Origin: Candidatus Bathyarchaeota archaeon
GTDB taxonomy: Archaea > Thermoproteota > Bathyarchaeia > Bathyarchaeales > Bathycorpusculaceae
Reading direction: 5' to 3'
Length of the DNA: 64,000 nucleotides
Assembly (NCBI GenBank): GCA_963768425.1
Contig: CAVYHV010000010.1
Location: 115,193-179,192, forward strand
Part shown: one piece after another, positions 9,898-19,342 of the stretch
Layout: each line of letters begins with the position of its first letter
Numbering within the stretch: the stretch's first letter is position 1
Notes under the pieces: model-generated
The model's database searches: none
The model's input: only the letters and a program-made list of their open reading frames with translations
Told to the model about the DNA's origin: nothing
Program-made: the position numbers and the translations under genes

Positions 9898-10043
9898 GAA
9901 ATGGCGACAGCATCCTTAATTGGCACATATTCAGTTTGTGTCTGATCACGGATTTTAATAAGTCTATGGCAATTGAAGCACTCTTCATTTATAGTAAGTG
10001 ATGCAAACGGAGACAACAACTAACTACTTCACAGAGGTTGGCT

Positions 10044-10320
10044 TTATGCAGGTGCAACTGTAACCTGTAATGGGTGGTTTTCTAAGCTCGGCATATCTCC
10101 TTTTAGCAGGCGATTGCTATGGGCGGGATATTAAAGATCCGTCTTTTCTCATTTTTGAGCAAAGAGCTGCCAGCCTCTAAACTTGTCTGGCTAGTTAAAG
10201 CCGACTTTTAGAAATTGAGATGGTTCCACCTTGAATTCCCACCTGATCCTCTGTGGAATCTGCACTCTTTCCCCTTCTGGAGCTTGCCGCTAAGGCTACC
10301 TTCTAGTTCCTGAGGATCGT
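10044..10320 (-). pseudogene. Decayed small DNA-binding protein gene, probably tandem AbrB/MazE-like
   Basis: Manual minus-strand translation across frameshifts and stops: KLQKG/RVQIPQRIRWEFKVEPSQFLKVGFN*PDKFRGWQLF/MRKDG.../GDMPSLENHPLQVTVAPA*; the RVQIP..IR and KDG patterns resemble swapped-hairpin domains. Confidence 0.5.
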
Positions 10321-10990
10321 CTAATTTTTTCAAAAATTGTCAAAAATTGTCATTTTTTGTCAAAATTTGTATCAACCTGCAAATGATTCAAGCTTCTCTA
10401 CAAGAGAGCAACCCAAACCACAAACAAAAAAATTTTCCACGCCAAAAAACACAAATCACTATCCGCTCGCACTTTTTTTGGCGGTGAAGGACGGTAATGG
10501 ACTTCTGTAGACTTTAAAGGACGGTAAAGGACGGTAGGCGACGGTAATGGACTTTAAAGGACGGATGCTGCAGATGATTCAAGCTTATCCACAAAAAAGC
10601 AACCCAAAACACAATCAAAGAAATCTGCCGCCAAAAACGCCGAAAAAAACATTTTGGCAACACTTCTGCAGGCTTCTTCCTCCGCGACTTTTTGGGATGT
10701 TTTGGGATGTTTTAAGATGTTTCGAGATGTTTTGGGATTTTTTGGGAGACCTGTTGCAGATGATCCAAGCCCCAAACCAGAAAAACAACCCATTTCACAA
10801 GAACAAATTTCTTTCAAACTGCACTCTTTCCACTGGAGCCTGCCTCTAAAGGTTATCGATCGATTCTTCGAATTGTCAATTTGTGTCAAATCATGTCAAA
10901 ATGTTTCAAATTGTGTCAAATAAAGTATCAACCTGCAGACGATTCAAGCTTCTCTAAAGCAACCCAAACCACAAACAAAAAAAATAAGCT
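10321..10990. repeat. Array of four ~185-bp units, each a conserved core plus a 10-bp-period tandem repeat
   Basis: Core (c/t)tgcaRaYgatYcaagc..caaccca..cacaa at 10377, 10568, 10754, 10933; preceded on + by CAAAAATTGT-type (10331-10370), ACGGTAAAGG-type (10481-10564), TTTGGGATGT-type (10691-10748) and TTGTGTCAAA-type (10871-10920) decamer arrays. Confidence 0.9.
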
Positions 10991-11081
10991 GGAACTTTCA
11001 CCTCGCAAGAACTTCAGCGGAAAGCAAGACTACCCGCCACTTTGAAAAACGTGAAGCATTTGGGGTTATTTTTGCGAGTTC

Positions 11082-11222
11082 CTAGTGTCCTGAGGTGCTG
11101 TATAGGACGCGGTTGCCGCATTTTTTGCATTCGTAATACACTATTATTTTTTGGCTGTTGTGCACGGGCTCCATTTTTTCATAGCAGTCTGGGCAAAGAA
11201 GGGTTCGACTACGCGGTTTCAT
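11082..11222 (-). CDS. Zn-ribbon micro-protein (46 aa, below ORF-track cutoff)
   Basis: MKPRSRTLLCPDCYEKMEPVHNSQKIIVYYECKKCGNRVLYSTSGH*: CPDC...CKKCG. Confidence 0.7.
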   Translation of the reverse strand: MKPRSRTLLCPDCYEKMEPVHNSQKIIVYYECKKCGNRVLYSTSGH

Positions 11223-11330
11223 AAAATCATACTCAGGTTTAATGGATATAACTCTTCTCACAAAGGCACAGGTTGATTAAGACCAAAAAAAGAAAAAAGA
11301 TTGATATGGGAATAAGTGCTTTTCTGCGTT

Positions 11331-11981
11331 TTAAGTTTGGGTTTTGCTTGCTGAGCCTGTTGGCATTCCTGGGGGCAGATCTGGGAAGTTTTGGCTGACT
11401 CTTTGTTCTGCAACGGTTGCTGCTTCAGTTAGAATTTTTGCTGCGTCTTCGTTTACGTTGTCGAAGTTCAGTGACATTCCGGTGCTTGTTCCTGCTTCAA
11501 ACATTAAGCCGCTTAGCATGTCGCCGATGCTGCCGAGTTCGCCTTCTGCTTCAGGTAAGACACCGCCAAGTCCCGTGCTGACGCTGCGGAGTACGCCGAT
11601 GCATGGCCCAAGGGTTGCGACGACGTCGCCTAGTTCCGAAACAGTCTTTATGCGTAGTGAAATCTGGTCGAGTGCAAGACGCGCGTTCATGATGATTTTT
11701 CCCATCTTACGTATTTCAGCGAGTTCAGTGGCGTAGATGTTGGCGTGAGGTGTGTCGTGATGTGTGTATGCGTCAACTAGTTTGGAGAATAGGGCTTTGT
11801 CTTTTTGTGTGAAGCGGTCGTTTGCCTGGTCGAGCTTGGCTATTTGCATGTCGAGTTTTCTCACGGCTAAGTCCAAGGCTGGTTTTAGCGCGGGTGGAGG
11901 AGTGATGGTGTTTCTTATTGTTGTTGACAGTGATTCTGTATCTCTTTTCTGTTCCCATTTTTTAGAAAAATTTTCAGACAT
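11331..11981 (-). CDS. cdvB: CdvB/Snf7 (ESCRT-III) family protein
   Basis: Coiled core, A.IYATELAEIRK, LDQISLRIKTVSELGD, DAAKILTEA...FPDLP tail. Confidence 0.9.
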   Translation of the reverse strand: MSENFSKKWEQKRDTESLSTTIRNTITPPPALKPALDLAVRKLDMQIAKLDQANDRFTQKDKALFSKLVDAYTHHDTPHANIYATELAEIRKMGKIIMNARLALDQISLRIKTVSELGDVVATLGPCIGVLRSVSTGLGGVLPEAEGELGSIGDMLSGLMFEAGTSTGMSLNFDNVNEDAAKILTEAATVAEQRVSQNFPDLPPGMPTGSASKTQT

Positions 11982-12387
11982 GTTAACATCCTCTTGAATG
12001 TTCATGTAGCGAATGAGCATTTAATTGTTGCTAACATGCACATATATATGTGGAAACAAAAAACAGGTTTTTTCTACGAATTTCTAAATTGCGGCTTGTT
12101 GAAGCAGGTTAATTTGCAACTTTTAGCTCTGCAACTTGTATCCCACAAGGTTTTACCATATATGAGGTGATACCATAATGGTGCTACCGCAAAGAAAGTA
12201 AAGTTACGGCCTTCCGCAAAGATAGTTACCGACGACAAAGGCTCGCCACCACGAAGCAAAAAGAAAGAGTGAATTCCTAATAAGCAAGGACCTTACATGT
12301 TGAGTTTCTGTTTCCTTTTTGGGAAAATTGCGCTAAGGAAACCTTAAAATGATATATGTTTCCTATTTTAGCATGAATTAGCTTGCG

Positions 12388-13692
12388 GTGAACTGTTTGA
12401 CTACCAATTACGCGCCTCTGGTCGGGGACAGTTACGCTCCTGAAAAAATACGTGTAATCATTCCTGTGGGTGGAAAAGCGACAAGGCTGCTGCCTTTGAC
12501 GGCTGAAACAAGTAAAGCCTGCTTGCGTTTGCTTAACAGGCCGCTGGTTGAGTTTTCGCTGCTGTCGTTGGCAAATCAGGGGATAAGAAACTTTATCTTT
12601 GGCGTGAAAGGCTACACGAACTACCGCGACCTATATGACTACTTTGAGTCTGGGTACGGCTTCAGCGCCCGCTACAACATTAAGCCGCGGATCCACATAA
12701 AGTATCAGCCCAACGTCGATGATTTGGGAAGCGCAGATTCCGCAAGGATAAATTTAGATTACTATGAGCTCAACAACCCTGTTTTCGCAGTGCAGGGCGA
12801 CAACATCTTTGACATCAATTTGAAGAGCCTCCTTGATTTCCACAAAGAGAAATGTTCAGCGTTGACAATTGTGCTTCGTGAAGTCGACAACGTTGAAGGC
12901 TTAGGCATAGCAGACATCGACAAGAACGGACGCATTGTGCGCTTCGTCGAGAAACCTTCAGCTAAAGACGCACCCAGCAACCTTGCGAACACAGGCTTGT
13001 ACGTTCTGTCGCCCGAAGTGAAAAAGATCTTCAGCGAAAAAGGAGTACAGCAAATAGTGAAGGAAAAGAACCGCTTGGATTTCGGCTACGACTTCATCCC
13101 ATACGTGATTCAAACAGGGCGCCCAGTGTTCGGTTACACGCTGCACGGCAACTGGTTTGACATCGGCACCCCAAGAAGCTATCTAGAAGCCATGAAGAAG
13201 CTTCTATACGGCGGCTTTCCAGCGGTGAGCGACTTCGGCGGACGACTGGAAGATGGAAGCTTAGTTTGGGTGCAGGGAGAAAGCGGCGACTCAGAGAAAC
13301 GTCGTCAGGAAATCATACATAAGATTAAGCAGAAGAAAATCACCCTTGAAGGCGCGGTTCTGATTGGGAGACACTGCGAGATAGATGACGGCGCAAGAAT
13401 CGTGAATTCATGCATTGATAACTTTACACGAATAGGCAAAAACGCGTTGGTGGTTAACTCCTCCGTTATGGACAGGGTTATCATTGGGGAACGCGCGGAG
13501 ATTCATGACAGCATCATCGGAAGACACGTAGTTGTGAATTCAAGCCAGCGTTGCCCAACCAAAATAACCGCAATTTCAGTTGTCGCGGACGACGTTCGGC
13601 TGGAAGAAGGCTGCACGCTTGCAGCCTCAAAAATCTACCCGCACCAAACCATACGAGGAGAATTCCAGAATCAAACAATAATGGTAAACTGA
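12388..13692 (+). CDS. NDP-sugar synthase (sugar-1-phosphate nucleotidyltransferase with LbH domain)
   Basis: GGKATRLLPLT, FVEKP, WFDIGT and C-terminal hexapeptide repeats. Confidence 0.9.
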   Translation: MNCLTTNYAPLVGDSYAPEKIRVIIPVGGKATRLLPLTAETSKACLRLLNRPLVEFSLLSLANQGIRNFIFGVKGYTNYRDLYDYFESGYGFSARYNIKPRIHIKYQPNVDDLGSADSARINLDYYELNNPVFAVQGDNIFDINLKSLLDFHKEKCSALTIVLREVDNVEGLGIADIDKNGRIVRFVEKPSAKDAPSNLANTGLYVLSPEVKKIFSEKGVQQIVKEKNRLDFGYDFIPYVIQTGRPVFGYTLHGNWFDIGTPRSYLEAMKKLLYGGFPAVSDFGGRLEDGSLVWVQGESGDSEKRRQEIIHKIKQKKITLEGAVLIGRHCEIDDGARIVNSCIDNFTRIGKNALVVNSSVMDRVIIGERAEIHDSIIGRHVVVNSSQRCPTKITAISVVADDVRLEEGCTLAASKIYPHQTIRGEFQNQTIMVN

Positions 13693-13766
13693 CACCCGAT
13701 TTCTAATTCGTTTCTTCAATTTATCGTGGTCATTTGAATAGAGAAAGTTTGAGAATAGAAATCGGA

Positions 13767-14321
13767 TTAAGCTTTGAACCACTTAAAAATTAGGTACTGT
13801 ACTTTTTCCGCAGCCAAATCGGGCACCGCAATTATGAAACGTTTTCGCACTGTTGTGGCTAACCGCCCTGCCTTGACGATTTCTGTGGCTGAAAGATCTG
13901 AGCCTGACTTCTTCACGGAGACCATGTAGGGTGCATGTTCGACGCCGGGTCCGTACTTGTAGACGGCGAAGTCGCATCCGAATTTGATGCCTGGCGTAAC
14001 AATTAAGCCGCTACTTCGAAGGTCGTGGTAAACAGCGTATTTTTCCTCGAACTCATCGTAGAGCTGCTTGACCTTTTGCTTTAGCTTTTTGAGGCTGACA
14101 CTGTTCTCTTCGGGTCCTTCGCAAATGACTATTTTCTTGTTTTCTAAAAGGTAGAGACCTTCCATCAAATCCAGAATCAGCGGCGCATCGAACTCGGGGA
14201 TTTTCGGTTTAGCGATTCCTAGAGGTTTGCCAAAGTAGCCTGCTTTGTAGAGTTGAGAGCCTTCTTTTGAATCCCACACAACTAAGAAGTTTTCGATGAG
14301 TTCGACTTTTGTTTTTGGCAT
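13767..14321 (-). CDS. endA: tRNA-intron endonuclease, catalytic subunit
   Basis: VYHDLR..G..V.PGIKFGCDFAVY...PG.EHAPY...R....VRK (Tyr-His-Lys triad). Confidence 0.92.
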   Translation of the reverse strand: MPKTKVELIENFLVVWDSKEGSQLYKAGYFGKPLGIAKPKIPEFDAPLILDLMEGLYLLENKKIVICEGPEENSVSLKKLKQKVKQLYDEFEEKYAVYHDLRSSGLIVTPGIKFGCDFAVYKYGPGVEHAPYMVSVKKSGSDLSATEIVKAGRLATTVRKRFIIAVPDLAAEKVQYLIFKWFKA

Positions 14322-14335
14322 CGGATTCGGCTCTT

Positions 14336-14995
14336 CTACATGATGAAGGAAATCATCCTTGCAACGTCAGCGGCGTCTTCAGCTTTGTCAGCGGAGTTTT
14401 CCAACATTTGAAGTATATCTCTTAATAGGAGCAGCACGGGGACGTCGAGTTTGCCGTTGAGCACTTTTATAGTTAAAGCCCGGTATTGGTCGTCAACGAC
14501 GCGTTCGGCGATTTCTACGTCTTTGGCTTTTTCAAGGGTTTTTTGTGAACCATAGTTTAGAACCATCATGGTCTCTCTTAGCTTAAGCACGCTATCTAAG
14601 ACAGCGGAAGAGAGCTTTAGGAGGTCTTTTTTTACGTCTGAGGATATGTTCCAGTTGTGCTCCATGATTTCTACAAGGTAATATGCGATGCCTTCGCTGA
14701 AGTCAGCTATTTCACTTGACAAATTTGTGAACCTTAAGAAGTCTTCGCGGGCAATCAAGATGGCACCTATCTCAGACAGTTCCTGAGACACCATGCGCCT
14801 CGCTTTGACCACTTCTTCTTCGCCAACTCTAATTTCAGTGAAGAGTTTACGCACGCCTTCTTTGTCGCCGCTTGCAAAGCATTCGACAAGCTGAGGGATT
14901 TTTCTTGAGACATCGACAACCTTACGTAAGTTATCTTGGCAAGCATTGAGTGCCCGTCTCTTAACACGTTCTTCTGTTTCTGAAGGAAGTACCAA
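14336..14995 (-). CDS. DUF47/PhoU-like helical protein
   Basis: Two helical repeats, ERVVDD.YR and LENSADKAEDAAD. Confidence 0.8.
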   Translation of the reverse strand: MVLPSETEERVKRRALNACQDNLRKVVDVSRKIPQLVECFASGDKEGVRKLFTEIRVGEEEVVKARRMVSQELSEIGAILIAREDFLRFTNLSSEIADFSEGIAYYLVEIMEHNWNISSDVKKDLLKLSSAVLDSVLKLRETMMVLNYGSQKTLEKAKDVEIAERVVDDQYRALTIKVLNGKLDVPVLLLLRDILQMLENSADKAEDAADVARMISFIM

Positions 14996-15066
14996 TATTC
15001 CGCCCCGCGAATAATCAACCCGAATTTAAGTGTAAGTAACTTACTTTCATTAAAAAAGGTAGCTGA

Positions 15067-16840
15067 TTAACTTTCAATCGCTTTGCCCAAATCCTTGAAG
15101 TTTATTTTTCCGTGGAAGTAACTGTGAAGAAGCGTCGGCAAATCTTTGATTGGCGTTCTCACCTGCAGCCAGCTGTCCCTATCCCTGACCGTTACTGTTT
15201 CGTCTCTGAGGGTATCGTAATCGATAGTCACTCCCAACTGTACGCCTGCTTCGTCAGCCCTTGCATAGCGTCTGCCAATAGAGCCTGCCTCATCTAACTC
15301 AGTCATTAAGCCCTCGTTCGCCAACTGCCTCTGCACTTGAACGGCTTTCGTATCCAAACCATCCTTGCTCATCAACGGGTAAACCCCAACTTGAATTGGC
15401 GCAATAGATCTTGGGAAACTCATGACGACCCTGTCTTCTTTTAAGCCATAAGCGTACTCCAATGCAACGTAGAAGAGCCTGTCTGAGCCGAAGCTGGGTT
15501 CCACGACATGGGGTATGAAGCGTGTGCCGCGGACAATTGTCTTTTGCACGCTAACGTCGACTTGGTCGGGTTTGATTTCATAGTTTTCAACTACGTAGAA
15601 GCTCTGCTGCTTCATAGCGTCAGCAACCTCCTGAGCAGGTGCTTTAGCAAGTAGCACCGCAACCTTTGCGGCTTCTCCCTTGTAGACGGGCCCGAGTTTA
15701 GCCATTATAGGTTTGACGGTGAGCATTTCCTTTTCAACGGGACTATCATATTCTTTGTAAACGGTCATGTCTACTCCGCTTGCTTGCATGTGGCATTTTA
15801 AGTCATAGTCTGTTCTGTAAGCATGTCCAGAGACTTCTACCCAGCCCCAACGGTCAACCAACACCTCCTGATCGAAGCTTTGGCTTGAATAATGCGCTTT
15901 TTCCCAAGTTAATTTCTCGATGAACCGCTGCTTCTCCGCTGGAACGCCAAGGTCCACCAAGAGCCTTTTCGCTAATGCCATGAAAAATGCTTGCCATTCG
16001 GAAAGGATTACGTTGCGATCAAGCGCCTCCTTAACGGTAAGGTTTGTTGTGTCTTCGCATTCTTTGAGCCTCGTTTCACAAAGCAGAATGGGCAACACTT
16101 CTTTTTCCACCTCTGCGAGCAAATCGCAAGCGGGTTCTTCAGGGTCAAAGAAAAACTCCAAGTCTGAAATCGTGAATTCCCTGAGCCTAATCAAACCTTG
16201 CCTAGGCGAAATCTCGTTGCGCAAAGCGTGACCGATCTGCACAACTCCGAAAGGAAGCTTTTCCCGTGCACCTGTGTAGAGACGGTTGAACTCGACGAAG
16301 ATATTCTGTGCCGCTTCAGGCCTGTCCATAGCCAACAGCGCCCGAATATGGACCAATAGTGGTTTCAAACATTGTCAAGTAACGTTGAGGTAAGCCGAAT
16401 TTGCCGCCGCAGTCGGGACAAACGACGCCGTGCCGTTCGATCTCTTCGCCAATCTCTCCCAAAGTCATTTTTTCTGCTTCGGCTGAACTAATGCCTTTTT
16501 CTTCAAGTAAATGGTCAGCTCGGAAACGCGTGTGACAATTTTGGCACTCAACCATCGGTTCCTTGAAATGGTCCACATGACCCGATGCCTCAAAGACTTT
16601 AGCTGGTGCGATTACGGATGACTCCATTTCGTAAATGCCGATTTTTTTAACCAAAACCTCCCGAAGCTTAGCTTCAATGTTTTGTTTCAGTCTTGCGCCT
16701 AGCGGACCGTAAGTTACAAATCCACCACTGCCGCCGTAAATTTCAAATGAAGGCCAGAAAAATCCTCTGCGACGTGCCAACTCGTTTATAGCCGTGAACT
16801 TGTCGCATTCTATTTTTGAACATCTTGCTTCGCTGGTCAA
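15067..16840 (-). CDS. glyS: Glycine--tRNA ligase (archaeal/eukaryal type), split by one frameshift near 16325
   Basis: RRGFFWPSFEIYGG, SGHVDHF, RPEAAQ, RNEISPRQGLIRLREF, EPSFG, SIGRRYARADE; the two ORFs join at GYG/RPE. Confidence 0.92.
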
Positions 16841-16971
16841 TTGTCTTTACCTTTTTTAGGTTTAGCATCAAAGGTAGATTAAGGTTACTAAAGAATTAAC
16901 ATTTTTCTTCAACTGCGGAAACGCTTAAAACCATCCTTTCATATTTAGCGATTGAACAGGAGAAACACATT

Positions 16972-18348
16972 TTGAGTTCATCAGATAAACGTAAACCAAC
17001 CGTGGAAGAGTTGCTTGCGAAAGCCAAAAAACCCGCGCAATTATCTTCGCCGATGCACAGGTTCTACGAGGGAAAAATGCAGGTCATCCCAAAATGTGCT
17101 ATTCGAAGCGTTGACGACTTCGCAGTTTGGTATACTCCTGGTGTAGCTTCGCCATGCAGGGAAATTCAAGCTGACCCAGACAAATCCTTTGAATTAACCA
17201 ACCGATGGAATTCTGTAGCTGTGGTTTCGGATGGAACGCGCGTTTTAGGCTTAGGCGATATTGGTCCTGAAGCCGCGTTGCCTGTTATGGAGGGAAAAGC
17301 GCTGCTTTTCAAGTACCTAGGGGGGGTTGACGCGTTTCCAATTTGCCTGAGAACAAAAGATCCCGACGAAATAGTCAAGATATGCAAGGCCTTGGAACCG
17401 TCTTTTGGTGGCATCAACCTTGAAGATATTGAGAAACCTAAGTGCTTCCATGTTCTTGAAAGCGCCTGCGAACAACTCAAAATTCCAGTTTGGCATGACG
17501 ACCAGCAGGGTACCGCCACGGTTATTTTGGCGGGGCTAATTAACGCATTCAAAATTGTCGGCAAAAAACCGCGGGAAAGCCTAGTTACCCTAGTGGGTTC
17601 TGGAGCAGCAAACATTCGGACGGCTTATGTGCTTATGCAGTGGGGAGTCAAACCCGGCAATATCATACTTGCTGACAGCAAAGGCGTTGTAGATAAAACC
17701 AGAAACGACATCAAAAAAGAAGAAGACCCTTGGAAATATGATGTGACTCAGAAAACCAACGCTGAAGGCAGAGGCGGCGGCATCGAGGAAGCGTTCAAAG
17801 GTGTTGACGCAGTGGTTGCAGCTTCAAAACCAGGACCTGGAACAATCAAGAAGGAATGGGTTAAATCCATGGCTCAAAACGCAATAATCTTTGCTTGTGC
17901 GAACCCGATACCTGAAATTTGGCCATGGGATGCTGAGGAAGCAGGCGCACGAATCGTGGCCACGGGCAGAAGCGACTTTCCAAATCAGGTAAACAACAGC
18001 TTAGGGTTTCCAGCCATCTTCAGAGGTGTATTGGACGTGAAATCCAAGCGTGTTACGGACAATATGTGTATAGCCGCTGCTCAGGAATTGGCAGACTACG
18101 CTGAAGAACGGGGAATTAGCGAGACGGACATTTTGCCGAAGATGGATGAGTGGGAAGTTTTCCCGCGGGAAGCAGTTGCCTGCGCGCTCAAGTCAATCGA
18201 GGACGGCGTCGCAAGAATCAAACCCTCAAGGCAAGAACTGCTTGATCGAGCAACATTCATAATCCAAAACGCTAGGCAATCAACCGAACTCCTGATGAAG
18301 CACGGATTAATCAAACGACCGCCAAAAGAAAGCGAACTTCTCAAATAA
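16972..18348 (+). CDS. NAD(P)-dependent malic enzyme
   Basis: YTPGVA, DGTRVLGLGDIG, MEGKA, INLEDI, HDDQQGT, ATGRSDFPNQVNN. Confidence 0.95.
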   Translation: MSSSDKRKPTVEELLAKAKKPAQLSSPMHRFYEGKMQVIPKCAIRSVDDFAVWYTPGVASPCREIQADPDKSFELTNRWNSVAVVSDGTRVLGLGDIGPEAALPVMEGKALLFKYLGGVDAFPICLRTKDPDEIVKICKALEPSFGGINLEDIEKPKCFHVLESACEQLKIPVWHDDQQGTATVILAGLINAFKIVGKKPRESLVTLVGSGAANIRTAYVLMQWGVKPGNIILADSKGVVDKTRNDIKKEEDPWKYDVTQKTNAEGRGGGIEEAFKGVDAVVAASKPGPGTIKKEWVKSMAQNAIIFACANPIPEIWPWDAEEAGARIVATGRSDFPNQVNNSLGFPAIFRGVLDVKSKRVTDNMCIAAAQELADYAEERGISETDILPKMDEWEVFPREAVACALKSIEDGVARIKPSRQELLDRATFIIQNARQSTELLMKHGLIKRPPKESELLK

Positions 18349-18514
18349 TGTTGCTGGGAAATTTCTTCATTATTTGCAATCCAATTTAGTGGCACTGAAA
18401 AAAAGGCTTCCACAAAAATCTGAAGTCCGCCATGATGAGTCGATCAAGAAATTCTATAAAAAGTTCATAGCTATTGCTGCATGGGTTTGTTTTTCTACGA
18501 AAAATAAAAAATGA

Positions 18515-18783
18515 TTAGAGAGGCGTTATTCTAACGATGTTTCTTTTTTCAAGTCTTCGCAAAGCATCTAAGCATTCGTCTTTTTTCTCACCGGTGATGT
18601 TGAGGCTTAGCATAATTTCTTTAACTGAGACCTCTGTTTTCCCAAAGTTTTGGACGCGTTTGTGAAGGTGTTGCACAATGGATTTTTCAAGTTTACCGCA
18701 TCGCCAAGTGCTGTTGCGAATCAAAATAACGATGGTGCGAACAAGCGTCTGCTCATTTGACTTTCTCCCCCGAGACTCTCCCA
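18515..18783 (-). CDS. Hypothetical protein, possible wHTH
   Basis: ORF track; probable start MGESR; C-terminal ALRRLEKRNIVRI. Confidence 0.6.
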
Positions 18784-18873
18784 TCAGTCCACCACTCTTT
18801 AACACCGCATCAGGATATTTAACCATATCCTTAAAGAACAAATAGGCGGTCATTTAAGCTTGAAGGACGCTTT

Positions 18874-19323
18874 CTAAAGAGTTTTTTTCAAAAATAACCC
18901 ATGTTTGCTGCCGTAATATTTTTCTAAAACGGCGACTTTCTGATAGCCGTTGGTTAAGTATAGTTTCAATGCTGCGTGGTTGTCTTCTCGAACTTCCAAG
19001 TGGCATTCGTTTATGCCTTTTTCCTTTAGAATCTTCTCCATTTCCTTTAGCATTTGTGTCCCTACGCCTTTTCGCCTACAAGAAGGCACAACATTTATTG
19101 TGATTATATGACCGTAGGTCGTGTTGTTTTCAATTTCAACCTGCGAAATTATGAATCCGGCGACTGCATTGTCCGTTTTAGCTACTAACCCAATAGAGTT
19201 GTAGTCGGTTAGCAGGTAGGCTAATTGCCGTTTTGTGAAGGCTTCTTGGTCAAAGCATTGATTTTCGATTTCGGAGAATTTATCCAGCAACCGAATGGAG
19301 GCTGTTTCAATTTTAATTTCCAT
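18874..19323 (-). CDS. rimI: RimI/Ard1-type GNAT N-acetyltransferase
   Basis: GHIITINV.P..RRKGVG, LEVREDN..A..LY, YY motifs. Confidence 0.88.
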   Translation of the reverse strand: MEIKIETASIRLLDKFSEIENQCFDQEAFTKRQLAYLLTDYNSIGLVAKTDNAVAGFIISQVEIENNTTYGHIITINVVPSCRRKGVGTQMLKEMEKILKEKGINECHLEVREDNHAALKLYLTNGYQKVAVLEKYYGSKHGLFLKKTL

Positions 19324-19342
19324 TTTACTGTCTTAGGAATTA

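Noticed and set aside
10547-10923. Three overlapping ORFs across the repeat array
   Set aside because: Their low-complexity translations arise from the 10-bp repeats; only the short ITFRGRLQ segment relates to a gene remnant.
10321-10990. CRISPR array interpretation of the four-unit repeat
   Set aside because: Units are ~185 bp, cores are degenerate, variable parts are themselves tandem repeats, and no cas genes are present.
11331-11981. Complete cdvABC division operon
   Set aside because: No cdvA or cdvC/Vps4 is adjacent; this looks like a stand-alone paralog.
16316-16368. Programmed frameshift in glyS
   Set aside because: No slippery sequence is visible; an assembly indel is more parsimonious.
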